Source of the DNA: Octopus vulgaris
Taxonomy: Eukaryota
Direction: 5' to 3'
Assembly (NCBI GenBank): GCA_951406725.2
Contig: OX597833.1
Coordinates: 48,856,001 to 48,920,000 of the forward strand
DNA length: 64,000 nt
The notes beneath the pieces are model-generated. The model worked only from the letters and a program-made list of their open reading frames with translations, was not told the DNA's origin and searched no databases. Positions 1 to 11,378 of this stretch are shown piece by piece (position 1 is the stretch's first letter; every line of letters starts with the position of its first letter). Position numbers and translations under genes: made by a program.

Positions 1-370
1 AGAATACACTTGTACTGGAGCCATGTAAAAAGCATTCATGCTGGTGCCATGTATAAAGCACATGTGCCGGCACCATGTGAAAGGCACACATGCTGGTGCC
101 ATGTATAAAGCACCATGTGAAAGGCACACGTGCTGGTGCCACATAGAAAGGACTCACGCCTGCACCACATAAAAAGCACTTGTGCTGGTGCTGTGTACCA
201 AGCACCCAACACGCTCTGTAAAGTATTTGGTGTCAGGAAAGGCATCCATCTGTAGAACTCACACCAAAACAGACAAATGGAACCCAGACAGCTGGCCAGC
301 TCCTGTCAAACTATCCGATCCATGCAGGCATGGAAAACAAACATTAAACGATGATGATGATGATGATGAC
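1..370 (+). mobile_element. Abundant (GAT)n-tailed SINE-like repeat (family D) with internal tandem subunits
   Basis: Repeated gctggtgccatgt..aaaagcac units, ggaa(a/g)ggcatcc motif and (GAT)n tail; same family at 706, 1421, 25004, 52554, 55630, 58600, 60195. Confidence 0.75.
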
Positions 371-705
371 TGATTGTCCCTTAAAGTTATATAATCTCTA
401 CTGAAGATCTCGTCAATGATATAAAAAGCTTTTTACTACATGAGAAAGTCAAGCTCACTTATTATTGTTTAGTCCCAAATTAACCTTGATCAAACCATGC
501 CAGTCTTGAACATCCCACCTCTGTGTATATGTGAAACTACATTAATGAATGTGTCCATTTGTTTGTTAAGATGGTGAGGTGTAATGTGAGATTTGGCTGC
601 TATTTCTTGCTTGTCGAGTTAACTTCACAGTGGCTTGCTTCCTTTGTTAGCTCCTCAAACTCTTTTACATAGGAAGAGAAATCAATACAAAGGTTAAACA
701 CAAGA

Positions 706-1025
706 TCATCATCATCATCGTTTAACGTCTGCTTTCCATGCTAGCATGGGTTGGACGATTTGACTGAGGACTGGCGAACCAGATGGCTGCACCAGGCTCC
801 AATCTGATCTAGCAGAGTTTCTACAGCTGGATGCCCTTCCTAACGCCAACTACTCCGAGAGTGTAGTGGGTGCTTTTACGTGCCACCGGCACGAGGGTCA
901 GTCAGGCGGTGCTGGCAACAGCCATGCTCAAATGGTGCTTTTTATGTGCCACCTGCACAGGAGCCAGTCCAGCGGCACTAGCAACTACCTCGCTCGAATG
1001 TTTTTTCATGTGCCACCAGCACAAG
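706..1025 (-). mobile_element. Family D repeat copy
   Basis: (CAT)n then gtttaacgtc..ttccatgctagcatgggttggacg..cagctggatgcccttcctaacgccaac. Confidence 0.8.
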
Positions 1026-1420
1026 GATGTTAATGAAAATTACCAAAGTAGATTTTTAGAAAGTGTTGTGAGTTAAATAAAGGAATAAGACTGTTTTGTA
1101 AAAGAGGAATAAAATGCTTAAAGATGCGTGAAGCAGAGTGTTTTAATGGGGCCTGTGGTAGATCATAGAAAATTTGTTTCTATAGATTCTATCTTTTATA
1201 TTTAACCTTTTGCTTGTTTCAGTCATTGGACTGTGACCCTGCTGGGGCATTGTCTTAAAAACTTTCGCTGAACAAATTAACCTCATACTTATGTTAAGTC
1301 TAGTACTTATTTTATCAGTCTCTTATACCAAACTACTAAGTTACCAGACCTAAACAAACTAGCATCAATTGTCAAGTGAAGGTGGAAGACAAGCACAGGC
1401 ACATAAACATGTGTGAGTGT

Positions 1421-1680
1421 GTGCCGGTGGCACGTTAAAAGCACCAACCGATCGTGGCCGATGCCAGACTCCCCTGGCACCTGTGCCGGTGGCACGTAAA
1501 AAGCACCCACTACACTCGCGGAGTGGTTGGCGTTAGGAAGGGCATCCAGCTGTAGAAACACTGCCAGATCAGACTGGAGCCTGGTGCAGCCCCTGGCTTC
1601 CCAAACCCCGGTCGAACTGTCCAACCCGTGCTAGCATGGAGAATGGACGTTAAACGATGATGATGATGATGATGATGATG
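1421..1680 (+). mobile_element. Family D repeat copy
   Basis: gtggttggcgttaggaagggcatccagctgtagaaac...(GAT)n. Confidence 0.8.
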
Positions 1681-1919
1681 AGATTCTGTCCTGACCCAAT
1701 CACAAATGGAAAAGTGGATATTAAATGATGATGATGATGAGTGAACTCCCTTGACCTTTGTCTTCCTAGTCTCATCCACAATGTATCTGGGTAGTGCAGA
1801 TAGGTCGCTATCATCACAGCCAAGGAGCTCTGACTACGACCCTGCTAGACAGATGTTCTGAATCAAACTAGTAATCCATCTCTCCGAAAGATTTACAGTG
1901 TGGTTGCCTGGTCACAGAC

Positions 1920-2331
1920 GGCGAGCTGGCAGAACCATTAGCACGCCAGGCGAAATGCTTAGCGGTATTTCGTCTGTCGTTACGTTCTGAGTTCAAATTC
2001 CGCCGAGGTTGACTTTGCCTTTCATCCTTTTGGGGTCGAAAAATTAAGTACCAGTTACGCACTGGGGTCGATGTAATCGACTTAATACCTATGTCTGTCC
2101 TTGTTTGTCCCATCTGTGTTTAGCCCCTTGTGGGTAATAAAGAAATAGGTATTTCGTCTGTCGTTACGTTCTGAGTTCAAATTCCGCCGAGGTCGACTTT
2201 GCCTTTCATCCTTTCGGGGTCGATTAAATAAAGTACCAGTTACGCACTGGGGTCGATGTAATCGACTTAATCCGTTTGTCTGTCCTTGTTTGGCCCCTCT
2301 ATGTTTAGCCCCTTGTGGGCAGTAAAGAAAT
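1920..2331 (+). mobile_element. tRNA-derived SINE (family A) with duplicated 3' module
   Basis: ggcgagctggcagaa..ttagc head, gagttcaaattcc B-box-like motif, core gactttgcctttcatcctttcggggtcga present twice. Confidence 0.8.
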
Positions 2332-2493
2332 AAATTTGTGCATTTCTATGGTTCCATGTTCCATAATTGTGACCATTGTTGAGTTGATCCCTCCTTATTT
2401 TTCTATTTTGTACCAGAGGTGCCACTGGTAACATGTAATCTAGTACAACCTGTTGCTTTGTTTGGTCACCAGTGACTAAACTGACACCCTTAA

Positions 2494-2707
2494 CCCTTTC
2501 ATTACTGTATTTATTTTGAGATTCTCTGTTTTTCTTTCAATTACTTTAAATATCACTAAGAATTTAATAAAATAACTTAGTGATCATTCAGCTAGTGTTA
2601 GGAACATAAATTTGGTTTGGTGGAAGATTTTACTTCAAAACTTATGAAAATTAGGCATTTGTACTACAGAGCCAGAGGCGGTTTCAGGTGGGTTGGGAAC
2701 GAAAGGG
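2494..2707. mobile_element. piggyBac-like MITE
   Basis: TTAA-CCCTTTC...GAAAGGG-TTCA ends; body matches 25897-26117. Confidence 0.7.
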
Positions 2708-2889
2708 TTCACAAGTTAGATGGGTGAGGATGGTTGTTAGAAAGTTAGTAAGATAAAAACAAGACCTGTCAAAAAAAGGATGGATTACACAAAAGCTTCA
2801 GAACCACAAAACTCTTACAACAATGCTTCCTTTTGATACATGATTGTGATGTTTCTTACTTATGCCTTTTCTTTTTTCTCTCTTTTCAG

Positions 2890-3015
2890 CTGAATCATTT
2901 GACCCCTATGGAAATAAATACTATCCGTGCTGTACTTACTGAGACCATGAACCATATAAACGTACTAAGAAGTAACGTACATACAAAATATACAGGAAAT
3001 TCACAAGATATATAA
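2890..3015 (+). CDS. GINS2: DNA replication complex GINS subunit 2 (PSF2), last coding exon
   Basis: Polypyrimidine tract and AG at 2888-2889; LNHLTPMEINTIRAVLTETMNHINVLRSNVHTKYTGNSQDI* resembles the recalled human C-terminus [29 protein letters not shown]...SQDF; upstream exons lie outside the window. Confidence 0.9.
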   Translation: MNHLTPMEINTIRAVLTETMNHINVLRSNVHTKYTGNSQDI

Positions 3016-3021
3016 ACATTT

Positions 3022-3040
3022 AATAAAATTGATTAATAAA
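3022..3040 (+). terminator. Candidate polyadenylation signals of GINS2
   Basis: AATAAA at 3022-3027 and 3035-3040, followed by T/GT-rich sequence (~3060-3090). Confidence 0.55.
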
Positions 3041-3105
3041 ATTACAAATCATCTCTCTTACTGTTTTCATTTTTGTTATGGTTTGATAGTGTTTCGATAA
3101 GTTAA

Positions 3106-3500
3106 GGAGTGGCTGTGTGGTAAGTAGCTTGCTCACGAACCATATGGTTCCGGGTTCAGTCCCACTGCGTGGCACCTTGGGCAAGTGTCTTCTACTATAG
3201 CCTTGGGCTTATCAAAGCCTTGTGAGTGGATTTGGTAGACGGAAACTGAAAGAAGCTTGTCGTATATATGTATATATATATGTGTGTGTGTGTATATGTT
3301 TGTGTGTCTGTGTTTGTCCCCACAACATCACTTGACAACTGATGCTGATGTGTTTACATTTCCGTAACTTAGCGGTTTGGCAAAAGAGACCGATAGAATA
3401 AGTACTAGGCTTCCAAAGAATAAGTCCTGGGGTCGATTTGCTCGACTAAAGGCGGTGCTCCAGCATGGCTACAGTCAAATGACTGAAACAAGTAAAAGAG
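3106..3500 (+). mobile_element. tRNA-derived SINE (family B) with internal (TA)/(TG) microsatellite
   Basis: ggagtggctgtgtggtaag..gggttcagtccc..ggcaccttgggcaagtgtcttc..gactgaaacaagtaaaagag. Confidence 0.85.
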
Positions 3501-3689
3501 TATGCCGTATTCAGTCTGTTGAGCTAGATTAAGTGAGAACACAGTCCCTCTTTCAATGGATGGCATTACAATTAACATTTATTTTTCACCTAGAGCCTGG
3601 TAGTTCATCCATTTACCCATTTTTGCCACCTAGGAGAGTTGTTGGAGTAGAGTCCTAAGGCACCTTCACCATAGTATCATCAGAAGCAA

Positions 3690-4512
3690 ATATAATAATA
3701 ATAATAATAATAATGAAATTATTGTATACAATGCTCAGGTGCACCACAACTTGTCAAAAGCTCATTAGAAAAAAATTACAGGCTCAAGTACAACTGCCAT
3801 AATCCATGCTGGATTTAATACATGGGTTGCATCACACAATTATATTTTCTAACTGTTGATCAAATTGCTATCTATGAGTGTTTTATAATAATGAAATTAT
3901 TGCATACAGTGCTCAGGTGCACCAACACTTGTCAAAAGTGTGTATAAAGCATATACAGTAATGTACAAATGTCTGGAAAGTGAACAGTGTATGAGTCAGA
4001 TACATGTTTGCATGTGTATGGAGGGGAGAAAATCAGGTTTAGTGTTGGCAAATCTCAGGAAGCATGGAAGTCTTGAAGGATGCAGTGCTCCGACAACTGA
4101 CAACTGATGCCGGCAGTTTGTTCCATACTTCAGCAACTCTCAGCGTGAAAAAATGTTTCCTGAAGTCATGGGAGCTGTGCTGTTTTCTGACTTTGTAAAC
4201 ATGTCCACGGGTGTTAGATGGGTGGAGTTTGAAAAGGTGCTCAGAGTTATTGTTTGTACGATGGTTGATAATTTTATGGGCAAGGAAGCATGGAAGTTTT
4301 GAAGGATGCAGTGCTCCGACAACTAACAACTGATGCCGGCAGTTTGTTCCATGTTTCAGCAACTCTTAGCGTGAAAAAATGTTTCCTAAAGTCATGGGAG
4401 ATGTGCTGTTTTCTGACTTTGTAAACATGTCCACGGATGGAGTTTGAAAAGGTGCTCAAAGATATTGTTTGTAAGATGGTTAATAATTTTATGGCGAATC
4501 TCAGGAAGCATT
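3690..4512 (-). mobile_element. CR1-type LINE 3' end, tandemly duplicated
   Basis: TRGHVYKVRKQHSSHDFRKHFFTLRVAEVWNKLPASVV resembles CR1 ORF2 C-termini and occurs twice; (TAA)n tail. Confidence 0.8.
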
Positions 4513-4562
4513 AGACTTTCTCAAGCATGACCAACTGAGAGTATGGATATTACTCAACCATC

Positions 4563-5230
4563 TCATCTGTGACCTACCCAGAGGTCTCTTGCCAGTTGGC
4601 TTGGCTTCAAGAATATTTCTGTGGTTCTTTCCTGTGGCATTTTAATCACATGTTTGTAATACTGGAGCTGTGACTTCTCAATGCTAACGAGTAGCAGCTC
4701 GACCTGGAGAGACTCCCTGACCTCTGAGCTGTGCACCCTGTCAAGTAACATGGATCTTTTCGGTTTGAACGGCAGTTTTTTCTACCGATGTCATATGAAA
4801 TTGTCACCCTTAATTATGACCCTAGTATCGATCTATTGCATTTCAATCTGTTTTAAGGTTAGGGTTAGGGGTGGGAGGAAGGGCATCTTTTTTTCTTCAC
4901 AAATGTAAATAAACCCAATCTGTTTCTTAAACGAGGGACATATTCATACGGCACAATGCTTTTTACCTCAATAGACGTCAGTGATTGGTTGAAATTGAAG
5001 AAAAAAATAACAAATATCTTACAAACTATAGAATTTTCTCTATAAAGTCAAGAGAAAAAGATGTTTTATAAACACATTCTACCAGTATACAAAGTTTAAA
5101 AGTGTTTAGTTACCTAGAAATTATGTTAAAAACTGCCGTTCAAACCGAAAAGATCCAGTAACATTATTCCAAAGATGCTTTAAAGAAACCTCATTTCAGC
5201 TACTTGTGTTTACAATTGTATTGTACTAAT
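4563..5230 (-). mobile_element. Decayed RTE-type LINE fragment interrupted by a MITE
   Basis: QVAEMRFL (5' of the MITE on - strand) and LLDRVHSSEVRESLQVELLLVSIEKSQLQYYKHVIKMPQER resemble the RTE ORF C-terminal region. Confidence 0.65.
4752..5156. mobile_element. MITE with ~29-bp TIRs and 8-bp TSD (Merlin-like)
   Basis: TIR ggatcttttcggtttgaacggcagttttt / aaaaactgccgttcaaaccgaaaagatcc; TSD agtaacat at 4744-4751 and 5157-5164. Confidence 0.85.
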
Positions 5231-5239
5231 ATTTACGAC

Positions 5240-5540
5240 TGGAGGTGCAATGGTCCAGTGGTTAGGGCAGCAGACTTGTGGTCGGAGGATTGCGGTTTCG
5301 ATTCCCAGATCGGGTGTTGTGTGTGGTTATTGAGCGAAAACACCTAAAGCTCCACAAGGCTCCGGCAGGAGGTGGTGGCGATCCCTGTTGTACTCTTTTG
5401 CCCCAACTTTCTCTCACTCTTTCTTCCTGTTTCTTGAGTAACGCTACAATGGACTGGTGTCCCATCCAGCTGGGGGGAACACATACATCATAGAAACCAG
5501 GAAACTGGGCTCATGACCCTGGCTAGGCTTGAAAAGGGTG
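5240..5540 (+). mobile_element. tRNA-derived SINE (family C)
   Basis: tggaggtgcaatggtccagtggttagggc A-box-like, ggtttcgattccc B-box-like, atggactggtgtcccatccag core. Confidence 0.8.
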
Positions 5541-5882
5541 AAAAATAAAAAAATATTTATGACTATAGGTTAGGATAGGCACAAAAACTAAATTAAATGG
5601 TGAGTTAGGGTTTTTCACCAACCTGTCCTCTTCTGAAGATTGAATACTAGAGTTGGCATATTACTGTGCTGACACCAGTAATTCTAGCATTCAATTTAAA
5701 CTCTTACTTCCCATCACAAACTTCTCCACTAACATGCAGAATGCACTAGGAAGACTTTCCTGAGAGGGTCAATGTCTCAGTCTTCGCAACCCTAACTCTC
5801 ATCCTTGTAGTAGCACTTGGTACTGAACCCATCAGTGCTTGCTGGAGATCAACTGATGAACCAAGCAGCACCATGTCATCTG

Positions 5883-6172
5883 TGGAGGCACATGGCCTAG
5901 TGGTTAGAACAACGAACTCGCGGTCGAGGGATCGCGGGTTTGAATCTCAGACTGGGCGATGTGTGTGTTTATGAGCGAAACACCTAAGCTCCACGCAGCT
6001 CTGGCAGAAGATAATGGCGAAACTTCTGCTGACTCTTTCATCACAACTTTCTCTCACTCTTTCCTCCTGCATCTTGCAGCTCATATGCGACGGACTGGCG
6101 TTCCGTCCAGGTGGGGAACCTATACGCCAAGAAACTGGCCCTTATGAGGCAGGCATGGCCCGAGAAGGAACA
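5883..6172 (+). mobile_element. Family C SINE variant
   Basis: tggaggcacatggcctagtggttag..cgggtttgaatc..gacggactggcgttccgtccagg; near-identical inverted copy at 57200-57509. Confidence 0.8.
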
Positions 6173-6689
6173 ACCATATCATCTGCAAATATCAGCTACC
6201 AATTGTGATACCACTTCCACAATGACTACATATGTCAATCCAGTTGATAAAAATTATGAAAAGGAGAGGTGAAATACACACTCCTGTCCAATACCCACAT
6301 AATGCAGCTGTGGGGAAGAGATGAAAATAACAACAATGAGGTATCTCAGTGGACTATCAAAGTCTGAGGTGAACAGAAGGGTGGCGAGGATCCAAGGACC
6401 TGAAAGTGTGGGTGGGATAGAGATTGGTGTATAAATGACTGAAATTACAACATTCTCCACTGAATGGGTACCACTTCATCATACTCTTTATAGCAGGAGA
6501 GTACAAAAATTAATCAAGCATTTTCTTGGAATTTGGAACAAAAATATTAGAACCACTGCCTTAGAATTTTAAAAAGCTAACCCTTAAAACCTCACTAGCT
6601 TACAGTCATGGTCAAAAGTTGAAACATTGGTCTGAAAATTAATTTTTATATTAAATGCTCAAAGTTATATTTAATTTGCAATGTGGTTA

Positions 6690-7045
6690 CTCTTTGACTT
6701 GTTTCAGTCATTTGACTGCGGCCATGCTGGAGCACTGCCTTTAGTCGAGCAAATCGACCCCAGGACTTATTCTTTGTAAGCCTAGTACTTATTCTATTGG
6801 GGGTCTTTTGCTGAACCTCTAAGTTACGGAGACATAAACACACCAGCATCGGTTGTTAAGTGATGTTGGTGGGGGGGACAAACACACACACACACATATG
6901 TATATACATATACACGACAGTCTACCAAATCCACTCACAGGGTTTTGGTCGGCTCGAGGCTATAGTAGAAGACACTTGCCCAAAGTGCCATGCAGTGGGA
7001 CTGAACCTGGAACCATGTGGTTGGTAAGCAAGCTACTTACCACAC
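6690..7045 (-). mobile_element. Family B SINE
   Basis: Reverse complement of family B. Confidence 0.8.
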
Positions 7046-7624
7046 TTGGCCAAAAATTTAAATTTAAATTGTTATGCCCAAGTACAAATCTATTCAAATA
7101 TATACGTTGTACATATTTGAATAGATTTGTACTTGGGCATAACAACTTTAATTTAAAAAAAAAAAACGTTCCACACTTTTGGCCTCGACTGTTGAGTGTT
7201 AATATAATAAACAATAATTCTCTCTCAATCAAATTGCTTAACCATTTATCATTTAATCCAGTCATATCTGGCCAAAATATTTTCCCAGTTTTATGTTGAA
7301 TTGACCACATCCAACCTCTCACACCTCGCCCACAATGTCATGCTAAAAATACTCTAACGCACCATTGAAATCTTGAAACTGCAAGATAGTTTATGATTAA
7401 TCCAAAACAATGTGAATAAATAAACAATATACTTGACAAGGAAATTTGAATGCTAAGTATTTAAAACGTCTCTTTCGTTTTCTTTCCTAAGTATCTTAAC
7501 TTTTTTTCAAATATATTTTGTATCTCATCATTTCTGTTTATTTATGTTATCTACCACAACAATTGATCGTCATTCACAACTTAAGCTTCATTCCGGAAAT
7601 ACAAGCACTTCTTTTCAAACTTCT

Positions 7625-8225
7625 TATTTCTTTACTGCCCACAGGGGGCTACACACAGAGTGAACAAACAAGGACAGACAAAGGAATTAAGTCGATTATA
7701 TCGACCTCAGTGTGTAACAGGTACTTATTTAATCGACCCCCAAAAGGATGAAAGGCAAAGACGACCTCGGGGGAATTTGAACTCAGAACGTAAAGACAGA
7801 CGAAATACCTATTTCTTTACTACCCACAAGGGGCTAAACACAGAGGAGACAAACAAGGACAGACAAAGGAATTAAGTCGATTATATCGACTCCAGTGCGT
7901 AACTGGTACTTATTTAATCGAGCCCAAAAGGATGAAAGGCAAAGTCGACCTCGGCGGAATTTGAACTCAGAACATGGCAGCAGACGAAATACCTATTTCT
8001 TTACCACCCACAAGGGGCTAAACACAGAGGAGACAAGCAAGGACAAATAGACGGATTAAGTCGATTATATCGACTCCAGTGCGTAACTGGTACTTATTTA
8101 ATCGACCCCGAAAAGATGAAAGGCAAAGTCGACCTCGGCGGAATTTGAACTCAGAACATAACGGCAGACGAAATACGGCTACGCATTTCGCCCAGCGTGC
8201 TAACGTTTCTGCCAGCTCGCTGCCT
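7625..8225 (-). mobile_element. Family A SINE with three tandem 3' modules and TSD
   Basis: Three copies of the tatttctttac..caaaggatgaaaggcaaagtcgacc module; TSD cttttcaa(a/g)cttct at 7611-7624 and 8226-8239. Confidence 0.85.
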
Positions 8226-8831
8226 CTTTTCAAGCTTCTATTCTATGTAAATTTATTTTATTGACTTAGATCAATTTACTATATTTTTATGATATAGAAA
8301 AGAAAAAAAAGTCTTATGGAGACCAATGCATGAAACTCTTGAGTTACTTTGTGACTTGACGTCAATTAAATTAAAAACGTAATATAGAATTCAAAAATTG
8401 AGTTAAGGGAAATAACTCATGCTACTTTTTTTTTACGTAATTGTAAATAACTGGTGCACCAAATTATTCATTATATCTTTTCCTACACATAAACACCTAC
8501 GTTTATTGATGAAGTAGATATTGTGTTGTCTACTCTTTGTCAACAACGTCAAATTATACCGAAATATGTTCATTCTTGTTATAAATAAATGTTAGATTTT
8601 CCGTTTGTCAACACAAATTTTCTAAATATAGCTTTATTGAAATTATCTCCCCTTCCGTGTCACTGACTGCAACTAGATATTTCTTGTTGAAAAATGAAAA
8701 TTTTAATTCATTGAGAACATTTGCATATATCATTCATTGTATCTGTACCATAGACTTATTTAATATTTATTTTTATATCCTACTACCTTAGTATTTTATT
8801 CTCTCCTTATTCCTCCATTTTATTTCTGTAA

Positions 8832-9006
8832 GAAATTAATTGTTATCGCCATATTAATATGGTATTCTTATATATATAAGAATAATCGCTGCCATGGTCA
8901 GCTCCATGAGGCCACCGCCATCAAGATAGCTATTAATACACGATCTGTATCCATTATAACCTTCGAACAAGAATGCCATATTAATATGGCGATAACAATT
9001 AATTTC
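8832..9006. repeat. Inverted repeat (38-bp arms), possible Penelope-like remnant
   Basis: gaaattaattgttatcgccatattaatatggtattctt / aagaatgccatattaatatggcgataacaattaatttc. Confidence 0.6.
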
Positions 9007-9236
9007 CAGTAAACGCTGCCATAATCTCTTTTATAGAGACTTAGTAATTTTAATATTTCTATTATTTCTGTAAGAGATAATCATCTATCAGAGAACCATC
9101 TTAAGACAAGTAATGGTTTCTACAGCTGCCGAAGGATGAGATTGCAAAGTTGACTTTGGTAAGATTTAAGAGCCAGGACAAATATCACAAAACATCTTTT
9201 TTTCCTTATACCCTAATTATTCTGGCATCTTACTTC

Positions 9237-9279
<43 letters not shown>

Positions 9280-9690
9280 TGCCCTGATGCAGTACCAGAC
9301 AGTGGCTCTCGTGGCTTTTGATCTTAACTGATTGGAAGTGTTATCATGTACATTGTTTTGTCTCGGTATAAAAGATGGGCTACAGCAAATATTCTGCCCA
9401 ATACCACAGATATGCTAGTCAGTTGTTTGACCTTAACCAGTTGAGCACGTCCCTTAGTGGCTGACGATATGTGCATCTCTGATCATGAGCAGAAGTAGTG
9501 GGGGAGCATCATAGCCATGTGTTGAGAGGAATTCTTTGGGGTTTGGATAATTCACCTCTGGAAACATGGATGTTTTGTTCAACATCCTTAAACAACCCTT
9601 ATTCAGGGACCTTTTGAGCAGGATGGGTTACTCGACCAGAAGAAAATTCTAACTGGGCCTCACCTGCAAGGTCATGTGCTGTTTATCTAT
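9237..9690 (-). mobile_element. Non-LTR retroelement 3' fragment with (TAA)n tail
   Basis: (ATA)n run abutting GC-richer repeat-like sequence; family not identified. Confidence 0.45.
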
Positions 9691-9980
9691 GATGAATTGA
9701 AGTGGGATATATGCTGGTTGTGGGCAATGAAGGGAGTGGACAGGATACCAATAGTGATTGTTGTGTTTGAAGTATTAGCACTCAACCAACATGGCTCTGA
9801 AAGATTGATACAAATGTGAAAGTAGAACATGTGCAAAAAAATCAGCATTGCATTAAACTGTAAGAGTTCTCTGCAAAGTTTTTGAAGCATGATTATAAAC
9901 AAGTGTCACCTTCGTCTCTTGGCTATTGACAGCTGACACTTTCCATCATACCCAGCAAAATAAGCTGAGAAATTTCATCA

Positions 9981-10015
<35 letters not shown>

Positions 10016-10564
10016 AGTCTGGAAACAAAAGAACAACAATAATGATGATAGTACTTGTAATTATTATTATTTTTGCTATAACATACTTCATCAAAAAAAA
10101 AAATAATAAAGACAAATACATGTATTTGTTTTAAATCATATACATTTTTGACTGATATATTTATATTTAAAAATGCCCCTAGAAATGCGCTTTAGAAGAT
10201 CAGAAAATCCATTACAGTGAGGAGGGAGAAGTGTATTGATAAAAGAACTTTAAAAGTCAAAATAGATGAGTATGAGTGATAGTTGTACTCAGGTTTCCAT
10301 GAAGGGGATAGTAGTTAATTTCATTAAACACATACACCCGAAAGGTACCGCACTCACTCTTAGTATTTGAATATTTTGATATCAGCCTATTGTTTTACCT
10401 AAAATAAAGTTTTATCTTTAATTTCAAATTTATATATATTTATATATTTCAACTATAAATTTATAAAACATTGCAAAATAAAAAATGATTGCAAATATCA
10501 TTTAAAAACATTTTGCTGGCATATATATGACACACACACATGTATGTATGTATATATGTATGTG

Positions 10565-10640
<76 letters not shown>

Positions 10641-10648
<8 letters not shown>

Positions 10649-10879
10649 ACTAAGGTACTCAGAAATCTGGATGGTTGTACATTTACAGATTTTTATCAAT
10701 ATGTCACATGTTTTTATAAATCATATATTAGCGCTTGCATCTACTCTAGTAGATTCTTCTGAAGAATCTACTAGAGTAGATGCAAGCGCTAATATATGAT
10801 TTATAAAAACATGTGACATATTAATAACAATCTGTAAATGTACAACCATCCACATTTCTGAGTACCTTATATTTTCTAA
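10641..10879. repeat. Near-perfect 239-bp palindrome with hammerhead-like core
   Basis: 119-bp arms around T10760, inner 62 bp perfect; CTGAAGA-atctac-taga-gtagat-GCAA-gcgc-TA at 10759-10791. Confidence 0.9.
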
Positions 10880-11321
10880 TATATAATACCTATACCTCAC
10901 CTCCAAACCTTCTAATATATATATATATATATATTAACATGTTCATAATAGTTAAATATACATTAAAAGCACAAGCAATTTCATAGAAATATCAGTACAG
11001 GGAACAAGTTTCGTGTTAATAATAGACTATTATTGTGCAGCAGTAGTTCAAAACATCCCCCATGTACTTTCTTATAAACTTTGACATCAATACATAATAT
11101 TTCTTTATAAAACCGTATCATAATACAATTTTTAGAATCTTTATTCTTTATTTTTTTTTTTTTTTTGCCATTTTACAATAAAGAACTTTTCTTCTTCATT
11201 TACTTACAAAGAAAATATTTAAAATTCATGAAGTAAAAACCAATATCATTCAAAGCCCAACTGGTTTTTGTTTTATAAAAACATCTTGGTTTATTAGACT
11301 AGAATAGTACTAATGTATAAG

Positions 11322-11378
<57 letters not shown>

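Noticed and set aside
5240-5320. tRNA-like A/B boxes here and at other SINE heads
   Set aside because: They continue into SINE bodies and do not form a full cloverleaf; not tRNA genes.
8357-8364. CRE-like TGACGTCA in a mildly CpG-containing stretch
   Set aside because: A single 8-mer is plausible by chance and no transcription start is evident.
10721-10906. Same peptide (HILALASTLVDSSEESTRVDASANI) on both strands as a duplicated gene
   Set aside because: A direct consequence of the DNA palindrome.
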